Below are positions 1 to 8,278 of a stretch of DNA of 32,000 bases, piece by piece (position 1 is the first letter of the stretch; every line of letters starts with the position of its first letter). The notes under the pieces are model-generated. The model searched no databases and had not been told where the DNA came from. It worked only from the letters and a program-made list of their open reading frames with translations. The position numbers and the translations under genes were made by a program. The DNA lies in contig NC_018655.1 of assembly GCF_000299365.1 (NCBI RefSeq), positions 1,080,001 to 1,112,000 on the forward strand. Direction: 5' to 3'. This DNA is from Candidatus Nitrosopumilus koreensis AR1. GTDB taxonomy: Archaea > Thermoproteota > Nitrososphaeria > Nitrososphaerales > Nitrosopumilaceae.

Positions 1-664
1 GCATTACTTCATATTCGATTTGTTTCCAATGGCCAATGTATTCTTCAATTAGTACTTGACCGACTAGGCTTGCTTTTAGACCCCGTTCAACAATCTCATG
101 TAATTCAATCTCGTTGTGGGCAATACCACCACCACGTCCACCAAGAGTATAGGCTACTCGAATTATAACAGGGTATGATAGTTCTTCTGCTATCTTTTTT
201 GCATCATCAAAGTTTGTTACAGTCTTACTTTTGAGCACAGGAACACCTGCCTCAGTCATTTGGTCTTTGAAAAGTTGCCTATCCTCAGTATTTTTGATGC
301 CTTGTACCTGAGTTCCAAGAACATTTACCCCATATTTTTGGAGGATGCCAGCTTCTTCTAGTTTGACACCACAGTTTAGAGCAGTTTGTCCACCATATGC
401 CAACATGATTCCATCAGGTCTTTCTTTTTCAATTATAGATTCAACATACTTGGGGGTTACAGGTAAAAGATACACTTGATCTGCAAATCTTGTATCTGTT
501 TGAATTGTTGCAATATTTGGGTTGATTAATACACTTTTGAGTCCATCTTCACGAATTGCTTTGAGGCATTGACTTCCAGAGTAATCAAATTCTCCAGCTT
601 CGCCAATTTTGATTGCTCCACTACCAAGTACAAGAATTTTCTTCAAAGATTCATTTATTGGCAT
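1..664 (-). CDS. carB: carbamoyl-phosphate synthase large subunit, N-terminal part (partial, runs off window)
   Basis: The minus-strand frame is open from the window edge to an ATG at 664-662. The translation MPINESLKKILVLGSGAIKIGEAGEFDYSGSQCLKAIREDG... is the typical CarB ATP-grasp N-terminus. It starts 4 nt after the carA stop. Confidence 0.9.
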   Translation of the reverse strand, partial: MPINESLKKILVLGSGAIKIGEAGEFDYSGSQCLKAIREDGLKSVLINPNIATIQTDTRFADQVYLLPVTPKYVESIIEKERPDGIMLAYGGQTALNCGVKLEEAGILQKYGVNVLGTQVQGIKNTEDRQLFKDQMTEAGVPVLKSKTVTNFDDAKKIAEELSYPVIIRVAYTLGGRGGGIAHNEIELHEIVERGLKASLVGQVLIEEYIGHWKQIEYEVM

Positions 665-668
665 TTTT

Positions 669-1829
669 TTATTTCTCCATTAATTTTTTGAGTTCTTCAA
701 AAACATACTTGCAATCAAAGGGTCCAGGTGCAGCTTCAGGATGAAATTGTACTGCGATACAATTTTTTGTTTTGTGTTTGATTCCTTCAACTGTTTTATC
801 ATCTGCGTTTGTAAACCATAAATTAAATTCTGATTTTTCCAAAGATTCAGGTGTTATTCCATATCCATGATTTTGACTAGTAACATAAACTTGATTTGTT
901 TCCAAGTTCACACATGGTTTGTTTTGACCACGGTGCCCATACTTTAGTTTGTAAGTTTCAGTGTTTCCTGCAAGTCCAATTATTTGAGCACCTAAACAAA
1001 TTCCCAGTGTTGGAATATTGTTTGAAATTAATTGTTTGGCAGTATCAATTGTTGCAGGACAATTTTGTGGATCACCAGGACCACTACTAAGAACAACACC
1101 TTTTGGATTGTAAGACATTATTTTTTCATAAGATGTGTTCCATGGTACAACAATTGCTTTGTATCCAAGTTCTCGAATATTTCTAACAATTGCATTTTTT
1201 GCGCCAGTGTCAATTACAACAACTGTGTCATTTTCATCACCATAGATTTTTTCAGTTTTTGTTGAAACAGAATCCATGAATTGCTCTGTATTGTAATCAG
1301 CAGCTGCTGCCAACTCTTTTTTGACTTTATCAACATCAATCTCTTCATCTGAAACTACAAGAGCAGCCATCATGACACCGCTGCTTCGAAGTTTCTTTGT
1401 GATATCTCTTGTATCGACACCAGATATTCCAGGTACTTTTTCATTATACATCCATTCATCAAGAGTCAGGGATAGATTCCAATGACTTGCAGTAAGGGAT
1501 AGTTCATGTACCACCAAGCCTCTAATTTGCATTTTGTCAGATTCAAAGAATTTGGGTATACCATCTTCATCAGCAATAGTTGGATCGGGAACACCGTAAT
1601 TTCCAACTAGAGGGTAAGTTAGTGTCAAAATTTGTCCATTGTAAGAAGGATCAGTTAACGCTTCAGTATATCCAACCATTCCAGTGTTAAAGACAATTTC
1701 ACCAAAAACAGTTGTAGAATAGCCAAAGCCTTCGCCATCAAAAACAGTCCCATCATCAAAGATCAGCTTTCCATACTTGTTTGCGTGGATTGATTTCTTT
1801 GTAGTAATTGTGACCCTCGTAAAGTCCAC
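669..1829 (-). CDS. carA: carbamoyl-phosphate synthase small subunit (glutamine amidotransferase)
   Basis: 386-aa ORF with a GTG start. It has the CPSase small-chain N-domain and a class-I GATase with nucleophile motif LGICLGAQ and VQFHPEA near the C-terminus. It lies directly upstream of carB. Confidence 0.95.
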   Translation of the reverse strand: MDFTRVTITTKKSIHANKYGKLIFDDGTVFDGEGFGYSTTVFGEIVFNTGMVGYTEALTDPSYNGQILTLTYPLVGNYGVPDPTIADEDGIPKFFESDKMQIRGLVVHELSLTASHWNLSLTLDEWMYNEKVPGISGVDTRDITKKLRSSGVMMAALVVSDEEIDVDKVKKELAAAADYNTEQFMDSVSTKTEKIYGDENDTVVVIDTGAKNAIVRNIRELGYKAIVVPWNTSYEKIMSYNPKGVVLSSGPGDPQNCPATIDTAKQLISNNIPTLGICLGAQIIGLAGNTETYKLKYGHRGQNKPCVNLETNQVYVTSQNHGYGITPESLEKSEFNLWFTNADDKTVEGIKHKTKNCIAVQFHPEAAPGPFDCKYVFEELKKLMEK

Positions 1830-1891
1830 AAGAAAGCGAATTTAAGTTTTATGTGGATTTGAAAATAGAATTTTTGATCGCAAAAATTTGA

Positions 1892-3085
1892 TTATAGTGC
1901 TTGGAACTCTTCGCTCCATTTGTGATATGCACGAATCATTTCAGTTGAAACACTTGGTTTTCTTCTTGCCATGATATCTTTGAAATCAGCTGTAGTGAGT
2001 TCTCTTGGTTGAACTGGTTCTTCACCCTCAATTGGTTCATGATAATCAGGAGCATTGAAAATCTCATGGACTGTTTTAATCTGAGCAGCTTGACATATGT
2101 CTTTGATGTCACTAGCGCTGTAACCATCAAATAGTTTTGCTAATTCAGAGGGATTAACTTTGTAGTCTTTATTTAGTTTAGCAGTGTATTGTTTGAATAG
2201 ATTTTCTCGTGCTGCTTGTGTTGGTAATGATACATAAATTCTCTTTTGGAATCTTCTGAGGAAAGGCCAATCAAGACTCCAGGGTTTGTTTGTGGCACCA
2301 ATTACATACATCATCAAATCTTTCCCTTTACCATTTACACCATCCATCTCAGTTAGGAATTGATTTTTGGTTCTAACTTCTCCGCCAACTTCGCTGTTTC
2401 TAGAACCCAACAGAGAGTCAACTTCATCTACAAACAAAATAACAGGCTTGCCTTCTTTTTCAGCATATTGTCTTGCCATAGAGAATAATTTTGAAACATT
2501 TTTCTCTGCCTCACCTAACCATTTGCTCATCATAGAAGATGCATCAACATTGATGAAATACCCATCCATTTCGTTTGCCGTGGCAGCTGCAAGCATTGTT
2601 TTACCAGTTCCAGGTGGCCCATAAAGTAACATTCCTTTAGGCCATCCCAATGGGAACAAATCAGGCCTTTTAGTTGGATAAACAATAGATTCACGTAATG
2701 CGCTTTTAGCATCATCCAAACCAATAACTTGGTCCCAAGTTACATCTGGTTTTTCTTTCATGATTAATTCTTCAAAATCATTTTCGTTTTCTTGTCTTTG
2801 AACAGATTTCTTTTGTTCTTCTTCAGAAGCTTTAGGATCCACTGCAGGCTCAACACCATGTGCCTGTTGTAATGCATTGATTCTATTATGATAAGAGTTA
2901 CATCTTTCTTTGTAAATTTGGTTTAGTTTACTGGTAGGATATAATTGCAGTAATTTTACCAAAGCATCAATTGCATGTTGGTAATGAGCAATTGCCATGC
3001 CACGAGCGCCTTGAGAATCGAACTTGATAGCCTCAGAGGCATATTTGCTTGCAGTATTTTCTAATTCTTGGGGAGCCATACTCAT
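1892..3085 (-). CDS. cdvC: Vps4-like AAA+ ATPase CdvC with N-terminal MIT-like domain
   Basis: 397 aa. The N-terminus is helical and MIT-like (GMAIAHYQHAIDALVKLLQLYP...YHNRINALQQ). Walker A is GPPGTGKT and Walker B is ILFVDEVD. There is a single AAA cassette with a Vps4-type C-terminal helix. Confidence 0.9.
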   Translation of the reverse strand: MSMAPQELENTASKYASEAIKFDSQGARGMAIAHYQHAIDALVKLLQLYPTSKLNQIYKERCNSYHNRINALQQAHGVEPAVDPKASEEEQKKSVQRQENENDFEELIMKEKPDVTWDQVIGLDDAKSALRESIVYPTKRPDLFPLGWPKGMLLYGPPGTGKTMLAAATANEMDGYFINVDASSMMSKWLGEAEKNVSKLFSMARQYAEKEGKPVILFVDEVDSLLGSRNSEVGGEVRTKNQFLTEMDGVNGKGKDLMMYVIGATNKPWSLDWPFLRRFQKRIYVSLPTQAARENLFKQYTAKLNKDYKVNPSELAKLFDGYSASDIKDICQAAQIKTVHEIFNAPDYHEPIEGEEPVQPRELTTADFKDIMARRKPSVSTEMIRAYHKWSEEFQAL

Positions 3086-3095
3086 CTCATATTAC

Positions 3096-3587
3096 CTACG
3101 CAGTATTCTCTAGAGAATTTTGTTGGTATCCTACAGTGTTAATCTCTGTAGCAAAATTGGTTAAATTAATTGCACTTGTTTCATGTTCATTATATTCAGG
3201 ACCGTCATGATATTTGCTCTTAAAATCAGATTTTTCTGAGATATCCACATGGATTCCCTTTACCTTGCTAATAGAATCCTCAGCGGACATTATCAGTTCA
3301 GAGATTTCATCATCCAAGTCTTCAATAGAACCAGCTGCATCTGAAATTACAGACACAAAATACTTGAGAATCGAACGCATCTCTTTTTTATCAGCATGTT
3401 TGACTAACAAGAAATCTGCAATTCCTACAATCTTGTTTAAATCTTGTAGTTCTTCTAGGGTTAATTTTTCAATGTTTTTGTCATCAGAAGATTTGGCTTC
3501 AGAAATTTTCTTATCAATTTTAGATGAAAGTGATTTTATACGTTCTAAGTCTCTTGTAAAATCACGTTTAGAGTTTAATACATTCAA
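3096..3587 (-). CDS. hypothetical helical/coiled-coil protein (163 aa), basic N-terminus and acidic middle
   Basis: The ORF has a TTG start that overlaps the stop of the upstream gene (TTGA at 3584-3587). Its stop is 10 nt from the cdvC ATG. I recognise no family motif. The antisense ORF 3214..3603 looks like low-complexity noise. Confidence 0.6.
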   Translation of the reverse strand: MNVLNSKRDFTRDLERIKSLSSKIDKKISEAKSSDDKNIEKLTLEELQDLNKIVGIADFLLVKHADKKEMRSILKYFVSVISDAAGSIEDLDDEISELIMSAEDSISKVKGIHVDISEKSDFKSKYHDGPEYNEHETSAINLTNFATEINTVGYQQNSLENTA

Positions 3588-4141
3588 GTATTACATAATT
3601 TAAAAAAATCAACATTAGGATACTGCTTACTTATTTTAGAGTCCACCATCAATTTTACTTTATCAAGCAATGTTGAAGATTCAGTGTTTGATTGACTAAA
3701 ATCAAAGCTAGCGTGAGTAAGAGCTGCGGAATCAAGTACAATACTACCTAAATGGACAGAAAGTTCTGAGAGTTTTTGGCTAGAATCAGGAACCAATTCA
3801 TAGAGTTGGGCACTAATTGTTCGAATAAGAGGTATAGAAGAAGGCAAAACCTTAGGGATGGATTGAATGTTTGTAATGCTTTTAGTCTTTCTTTTTGCAA
3901 TAGTTAAAATCTCAAGTGAAAACGCCATTATTCGTTCAATCTCAATTGCTTGAAGATGCGTCTTGTTTGTCTCATCAAAATCAAAAACCAAATCTTTGTT
4001 TGATTGTTTCAAAGCATCTCTTTTTTGAGAAATAACAGACACAATCTCATCAAGTAAAGAAGTAGAATAATCCAATCTAGGAGTCAATGTAACAGAATGA
4101 GAAATATTTTCATTATCCATCCTCACACACTTAACCGACAT
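3584..4141 (-). CDS. hypothetical helical protein (185 aa), first gene of the cdvC-linked module
   Basis: The ORF has an ATG start and is translationally coupled to the 163-aa ORF. It is predicted helical. It has basic stretches (AKRKTKS) followed by the segment IPKVLPSSIPLIRTISAQLYELVPDSSQKLSELSVHLGSIVLDS. I recognise no family motif with certainty. Confidence 0.6.
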   Translation of the reverse strand: MSVKCVRMDNENISHSVTLTPRLDYSTSLLDEIVSVISQKRDALKQSNKDLVFDFDETNKTHLQAIEIERIMAFSLEILTIAKRKTKSITNIQSIPKVLPSSIPLIRTISAQLYELVPDSSQKLSELSVHLGSIVLDSAALTHASFDFSQSNTESSTLLDKVKLMVDSKISKQYPNVDFFKLCNT

Positions 4142-4297
4142 GATGGTTTTCTCTAGATTTTGTATTTGAGGACGATGTCACAATTAATTTAGTAACCACA
4201 GTTACACCTGTCTGTAGATACAATTTTGATTTTTTTTGAGTATTTGTGTAAAGGAATTTAGCTCTCAATTTTACCTAATAACAAATTAACCATAATC

Positions 4298-5458
4298 ATG
4301 GTCAATGAGCACGCATTAACAGTTAGCCTTGAAGAATTTGGCTTGAGTAAATATGAAGCACAAGCATATGTAGCATTAATTGCTAAAGGTACAATTTCAG
4401 CAGGAGAATTAGCATATTATTCAGAAATACCAAGAACCAAGATTTATCCAACTTTACTCAAACTTGAAAACAAGAAGCTGGCAATAATCTCAAAAAGTAA
4501 GCCAATAATGTGTACAGCTATTGCTCCTGAAGATGCATTTGATGGAATTATTCATGAGCAAATTAACAAAGTAAATGCAATGAACTCACTAGTATCAAAC
4601 CTCAAAAAGGCAAGTGAAGAAAGTAGAAAATCAAGAGGATCAGAAGAGAAGAGATATTTTCACATTAGTGCAAATAACGTATTAGAGCAACTTCAAACCA
4701 TGATTGAAGGAAGTAAATCATCAATCAAAATTATGGCAGATCAATGGGGTTTTGGATTATTGGCAGAATGTAAAGAACAGCTAGTGTCAGTCTTACGTCG
4801 AAACTTAGACGTTAAGGTATTAGTTTCACCAGCACAAATCTGCTCAGAATCATACAGAGCAATTCCAGATGGAATAGAAATCAGAGCTTCAGATACTACA
4901 CAGAATTGTTTTATTTTTGATGAAACAGAATTACTAATGATAAACAATGACAATGGCAAAGCAGCAGTATTTTCATCAACAGATATTCTTGGAGTGAATC
5001 AGGAGAAAGTGTTTTCACAGGTTTGGAAAAATGCAACAAAAACAAAAGCACTTGCAGACATGACAAAAGTAGAGGCACAAGAAATTTACAAAATTATCAA
5101 AACAATAAACGAGATAGGGTTGACACATATTCTAAACTCTACAATGTTTTCAAAAAAACCAGAATTTGATTTATTCAAACTATTAGAAAAAAATGGTGTT
5201 TCTTTAAAATCAAAGTCACTAGATGATATTATTGAAATGATGGATGCAGTATTACAGATTACATGTTCAGGACATGTGAATTTTGAGGCAAACACAAAAA
5301 ACATCACAGTTGAATCAAAGCTAAATAGTGGTCATTCTTTGCCATGGGTTTCAGTTTTGGATAATTGTCTACAAAAACAAGGATACAAAACAAGAAAAAT
5401 TTTCCAAAACAACTCAAACAAAGGCGAAAAAGTACACATCAAAATAAGTAAAAACTAA
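4298..5458 (+). CDS. TrmB-family transcriptional regulator with long C-terminal domain
   Basis: The N-terminus carries a TrmB-type winged HTH: FGLSKYEAQAYVALIAKGTISAGELAYYSEIPRTKIYPTLLKLENKKL. The gene is divergent from the cdvC-linked operon. Confidence 0.8.
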   Translation: MVNEHALTVSLEEFGLSKYEAQAYVALIAKGTISAGELAYYSEIPRTKIYPTLLKLENKKLAIISKSKPIMCTAIAPEDAFDGIIHEQINKVNAMNSLVSNLKKASEESRKSRGSEEKRYFHISANNVLEQLQTMIEGSKSSIKIMADQWGFGLLAECKEQLVSVLRRNLDVKVLVSPAQICSESYRAIPDGIEIRASDTTQNCFIFDETELLMINNDNGKAAVFSSTDILGVNQEKVFSQVWKNATKTKALADMTKVEAQEIYKIIKTINEIGLTHILNSTMFSKKPEFDLFKLLEKNGVSLKSKSLDDIIEMMDAVLQITCSGHVNFEANTKNITVESKLNSGHSLPWVSVLDNCLQKQGYKTRKIFQNNSNKGEKVHIKISKN

Positions 5459-5485
5459 AATCAGACTAAAAAACGCAAAATCGTA

Positions 5486-5941
5486 TTGTCTGAAGAAAAA
5501 CTCAAAGAATTAGGAATAGAGTTACCAGAAGCACCAGTTCCTGCAGGAAATTATATTCCAGCCATCAAAACAGGAAATTTACTTTTCATATCAGGTCAAA
5601 TTCCACTAGAAAACGGCAAAGTAGCATATACAGGAAAAGTTTCTGATGACAATCTAGAAACTGCTCAGAAATCAGCAAAAAGTTGTGCCATAAACATACT
5701 AGCCCAAATCAAAAGAGAGGTTGGAAGTTTGGATAAAGTAACAAGAGTTGTAAGGCTGTCAGGATTTGTAAATTCAGTTCCAGAATTTTCCCAACAACCA
5801 AAAGTGATTAATCCTGCATCAGACTTGATGTTTGAAGTTTTTGGAGACAATGGAAAACATTCAAGAATTGCAGTAGGAGTTGCAAGTTTACCACTTGACT
5901 CAATGACTGAGATTGATGCAATAGTTGAGATTTCTGAATGA
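5486..5941 (+). CDS. RidA/YjgF/L-PSP family protein
   Basis: 151 aa with a TTG start. The pattern LPEAPVPAGNYIPAIKTGNLLFISGQIP...RIAVGVASLPLDSMTEIDAIVEI is typical of RidA-family proteins. Confidence 0.85.
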   Translation: MSEEKLKELGIELPEAPVPAGNYIPAIKTGNLLFISGQIPLENGKVAYTGKVSDDNLETAQKSAKSCAINILAQIKREVGSLDKVTRVVRLSGFVNSVPEFSQQPKVINPASDLMFEVFGDNGKHSRIAVGVASLPLDSMTEIDAIVEISE

Positions 5942-5982
5942 TTTGGAAATTTTCTTAAATACATTTTCAAAGAAAATTCATC

Positions 5983-6180
5983 ATGGTTCAGATGTGTAAA
6001 GGATTATGCGAGAGAGCAAAATCAACTTCATTTAGAAATAACCTTCGTTACAAAATCGGACAAAAATGGTGCTCTCTGTGTGCAATATTTTTTCTTACAG
6101 AAGAACACACATGTCCATGTTGCAAAACAAGATTAAGATCAAGGGCCAGAAGTAAGAAACATGACTTGCCAAGAATGTAG
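5983..6180 (+). CDS. small zinc-ribbon protein (65 aa)
   Basis: Cys pairs CKGLC, CSLC and CPCC are followed by a basic tail (RLRSRARSKKH). The ORF sits in an intergenic position and has an ATG start. Confidence 0.5.
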   Translation: MVQMCKGLCERAKSTSFRNNLRYKIGQKWCSLCAIFFLTEEHTCPCCKTRLRSRARSKKHDLPRM

Positions 6181-6295
6181 TCATGAAAAAGGAAAATGTC
6201 AATGTTACTGCTGCTGTTCAATTTCCCAAATAGGATGTCCCTATTGCATACCTCCAGTTCTAGCATACAGACAGATAAAAAAATTGATGAGATGA
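6161..6295 (+). CDS. candidate Cys-rich mini-protein (44 aa), below the ORF-track cut-off
   Basis: Hand translation gives MTCQECSHEKGKCQCYCCCSISQIGCPYCIPPVLAYRQIKKLMR, with 9 Cys in 44 residues. CQEC and CPYC form zinc-ribbon-like knuckles. The ORF overlaps the previous ORF by 20 nt in another frame. Confidence 0.3.
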   Translation: MTCQECSHEKGKCQCYCCCSISQIGCPYCIPPVLAYRQIKKLMR

Positions 6296-6337
6296 CTCAG
6301 GAATAAACCTAAATGATTCAAATACCAAGACCGCCTA

Positions 6338-6706
6338 TTGAAGTATTTAGAAGAAATAGAATCTGAAAAATATATCTCAGTTGAGACATATAAGAAAAAT
6401 GGAACCCCTGTCAGAACTCCAGTATGGTTTACAATTAAGGACAATCAAATTTTTGTGGTGACTCGGGTTCAAACAGGAAAGGTAAAGCGACTTAAAAACA
6501 ACACTCAAGTTAAAATTGCAACATATACAATCAAGGGCGACATTAAAGGAAAGTGGTTTTCAGGAACTGTAGAAATTTTAGATGCTGAAAAAACCAAAGA
6601 TGCAATAAAGAGAAGAGACAAAAAATATGGGTTTTTTTCTAAAATGGCAAAATTCTTGACTAAAAGCAAAGGAGAACTGTTGGCATTTTCAATTAAAATA
6701 AAATGA
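6338..6706 (+). CDS. PPOX-class (pyridoxamine 5'-phosphate oxidase-like, probable F420/FMN-binding) small split-barrel protein
   Basis: 122 aa with a TTG start. The pattern SVETYKKNGTPVRTPVWFTIKDNQIFVVTRVQTGKVKRLKNNTQVKIA is typical of small PPOX-class proteins. Confidence 0.65.
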   Translation: MKYLEEIESEKYISVETYKKNGTPVRTPVWFTIKDNQIFVVTRVQTGKVKRLKNNTQVKIATYTIKGDIKGKWFSGTVEILDAEKTKDAIKRRDKKYGFFSKMAKFLTKSKGELLAFSIKIK

Positions 6707-6792
6707 ATGGTATTTAGTTTTATCAGACACGCAAGAATTTCAAAATACTAAAAAAATCCCAGATATTTTACAATAATTATTTAATTTTTTAT

Positions 6793-7635
6793 TTAATTCT
6801 GTAACGAATTTTTTATTTTTGGTTTTGGTATCACTGCACCACATGCTTTATCATGTCCACCACCAGAGCCGCCAAGATCGGTAGCTAACACATTAACAAT
6901 TTTTCCCAAATGAACTTTACAATTTTTAGAACCACGAACTGAAACTGCATAGATTCCATGATCAACTCTTTCTTTGTATGCAACACCTACATCTTTGCCA
7001 GATAAGCCCATTACAAAATTCACAGCACCACTAGCACCAGCATCAGTAATCTCCATGTATCCAAGATTTTTCATGGTTTTCATACCTGCTTTTACTTTGG
7101 CAATCATTTGAGAAAGTTTCTCGACTTGAATTTGTGCAAACTCAAAGGTGTTGGGAATATCATGAGGGAATTTAGATTCGGCTAATTCCTCTACCAAGTA
7201 TAATAGATAATCAGGTTCCTTTTGATGACCTACAATATTGTAGGTTAAAACAGTAGCACTGATGAGTGCAAATTGTCTGTCATACATTTGAAGTAATTTT
7301 GCACCCAATGGTCTATCTTCCATATAATCAGTAATGGCAGCACATGTTGCAACAAAAGTTGCATGTTCATTTAATTTTGATTTAAAGGCATTGTAAACTT
7401 GAACAGTAGTACATTCATTTATGTCATGGATCACTTTGACTTTGATTTTTTGTAGCGATTTTACAACATCAGGATCAATATCATGATGATCAATATAGGT
7501 AATGGAGACCTTATTTTTTCTCAAAGATTTCATAATATCAATAAATTCATCTTGAGTCTTTTTACTTAGACCCAAATCACAAATGTATAATGATTTTAGT
7601 TTTTCATCGTTAACTACTTGTTGTAATGCTTCCAT
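6793..7635 (-). CDS. DHH/DHHA1-family phosphoesterase (NrnA-like); the conserved coding sequence continues upstream of this ATG without a canonical start
   Basis: The DHH motif is ITYIDHHDID and the DHHA1 motif is GGSGGGHDKACGA. In the same frame upstream of the ATG at 7635, the sequence reads KVICISHKEDADGISSAALIRQAFGGDAILVDYPGQ. This contains DHH motif I, but there is no ATG, GTG or TTG before the in-frame stop at 7822-7824. Confidence 0.8.
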   Translation of the reverse strand: MEALQQVVNDEKLKSLYICDLGLSKKTQDEFIDIMKSLRKNKVSITYIDHHDIDPDVVKSLQKIKVKVIHDINECTTVQVYNAFKSKLNEHATFVATCAAITDYMEDRPLGAKLLQMYDRQFALISATVLTYNIVGHQKEPDYLLYLVEELAESKFPHDIPNTFEFAQIQVEKLSQMIAKVKAGMKTMKNLGYMEITDAGASGAVNFVMGLSGKDVGVAYKERVDHGIYAVSVRGSKNCKVHLGKIVNVLATDLGGSGGGHDKACGAVIPKPKIKNSLQN

Positions 7636-7752
7636 TTGTCCTGGATAGTCTACTAATATTGCATCACCACCAAATGCTTGTCGAATTAATGCTGCAGAGC
7701 TAATACCGTCAGCATCTTCTTTATGAGAAATACAAATTACTTTAGTACGCTT

Positions 7753-7890
7753 TAATGTTTTTTTTGTAGTTGTTTTTTTAGGTGTTTTTTTTGCAGTTTT
7801 GTTTTTTAGGTTGTTTTTTTGTCAGTTGTTTTTTTAGGTGTTTTTTTTGTCAGTTGTTTTTTTAGGTGTTTTTTTTGCAGTTGTTTTTTT
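7753..7890. repeat. five tandem 27/28-nt units rich in T7-T8 runs (A-runs on the minus strand)
   Basis: The units are 7864-7890 (27 nt), 7836-7863 (28), 7808-7835 (28), 7780-7807 (28) and 7753-7779 (27, degenerate). The consensus is aggtg-T8-g(t)cagttg-T7. A 27-nt unit reads KKTTAKKTP on the minus strand. Confidence 0.85.
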
Positions 7891-7967
7891 GGTAACAGAT
7901 TTCTTTGTTTTTTGATGCAGCCAACATCAAGAAAAATTACAATCCCTCATTTAAATGAAGAATGATG

Positions 7968-8159
7968 CTAAGATTTTCTAGATGGTTTTTTGATACTTTG
8001 ATTTATCAGAGAACTTGAATCAAGATATACTTCATAAAGGGAAAGACCTTCCATCTGGTTTTGATGATCAATTTCTTGAATTTTTTTCAATTCATCATCA
8101 GATGCATTAAGTACTAGATCATCAAGTTTTTGCAAATTTTTACGCTCATCAGGAGTCAT
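7968..8159 (-). CDS. hypothetical small acidic protein (63 aa)
   Basis: This is the only ORF in this interval and has an ATG start. I recognise no motif. Confidence 0.4.
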   Translation of the reverse strand: MTPDERKNLQKLDDLVLNASDDELKKIQEIDHQNQMEGLSLYEVYLDSSSLINQSIKKPSRKS

Positions 8160-8278
8160 TTAATTTTTGATTAAAAATTCTCATTTAGGGTCAAAAGTTG
8201 GTATATTAGACTAATTACTAAATTTCATAGACACCGTTTTAGCTAAAATATAATAGAAGAATTTTTGCTAGGCTTAGT

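Noticed and set aside
3584-3587. I considered whether the 185-aa and 163-aa ORFs are one gene split by another homopolymer frameshift; an A7/T7 run lies nearby at 3603-3609.
   Set aside because: In the 163-aa ORF's frame a TAA lies two codons upstream of its TTG start. The frames cannot be joined by an indel at the homopolymer. The TTGA overlap is typical of translational coupling.
4192-4205. The palindrome gtaac-caca-gttac in the divergent cdvC-module/TrmB intergenic region, considered as a possible TrmB operator.
   Set aside because: The arms are only 5 bp and do not extend. Such a match is expected by chance in AT-rich DNA and does not match the recalled TACT-N3-AGTA-type TrmB motif.
6048-6444. 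Two minus-strand ORFs (6048..6266 and 6241..6444) in the zinc-ribbon / PPOX interval.
   Set aside because: Their composition is noise-like. They overlap plus-strand ORFs that have coherent Cys-knuckle or PPOX motifs.
7753-7890. The tandem 27/28-nt repeats could be mistaken for a CRISPR array.
   Set aside because: The units abut directly with no spacers and are low-complexity poly-T/poly-A. They sit in the 5' region of a gene, and no cas genes are nearby.
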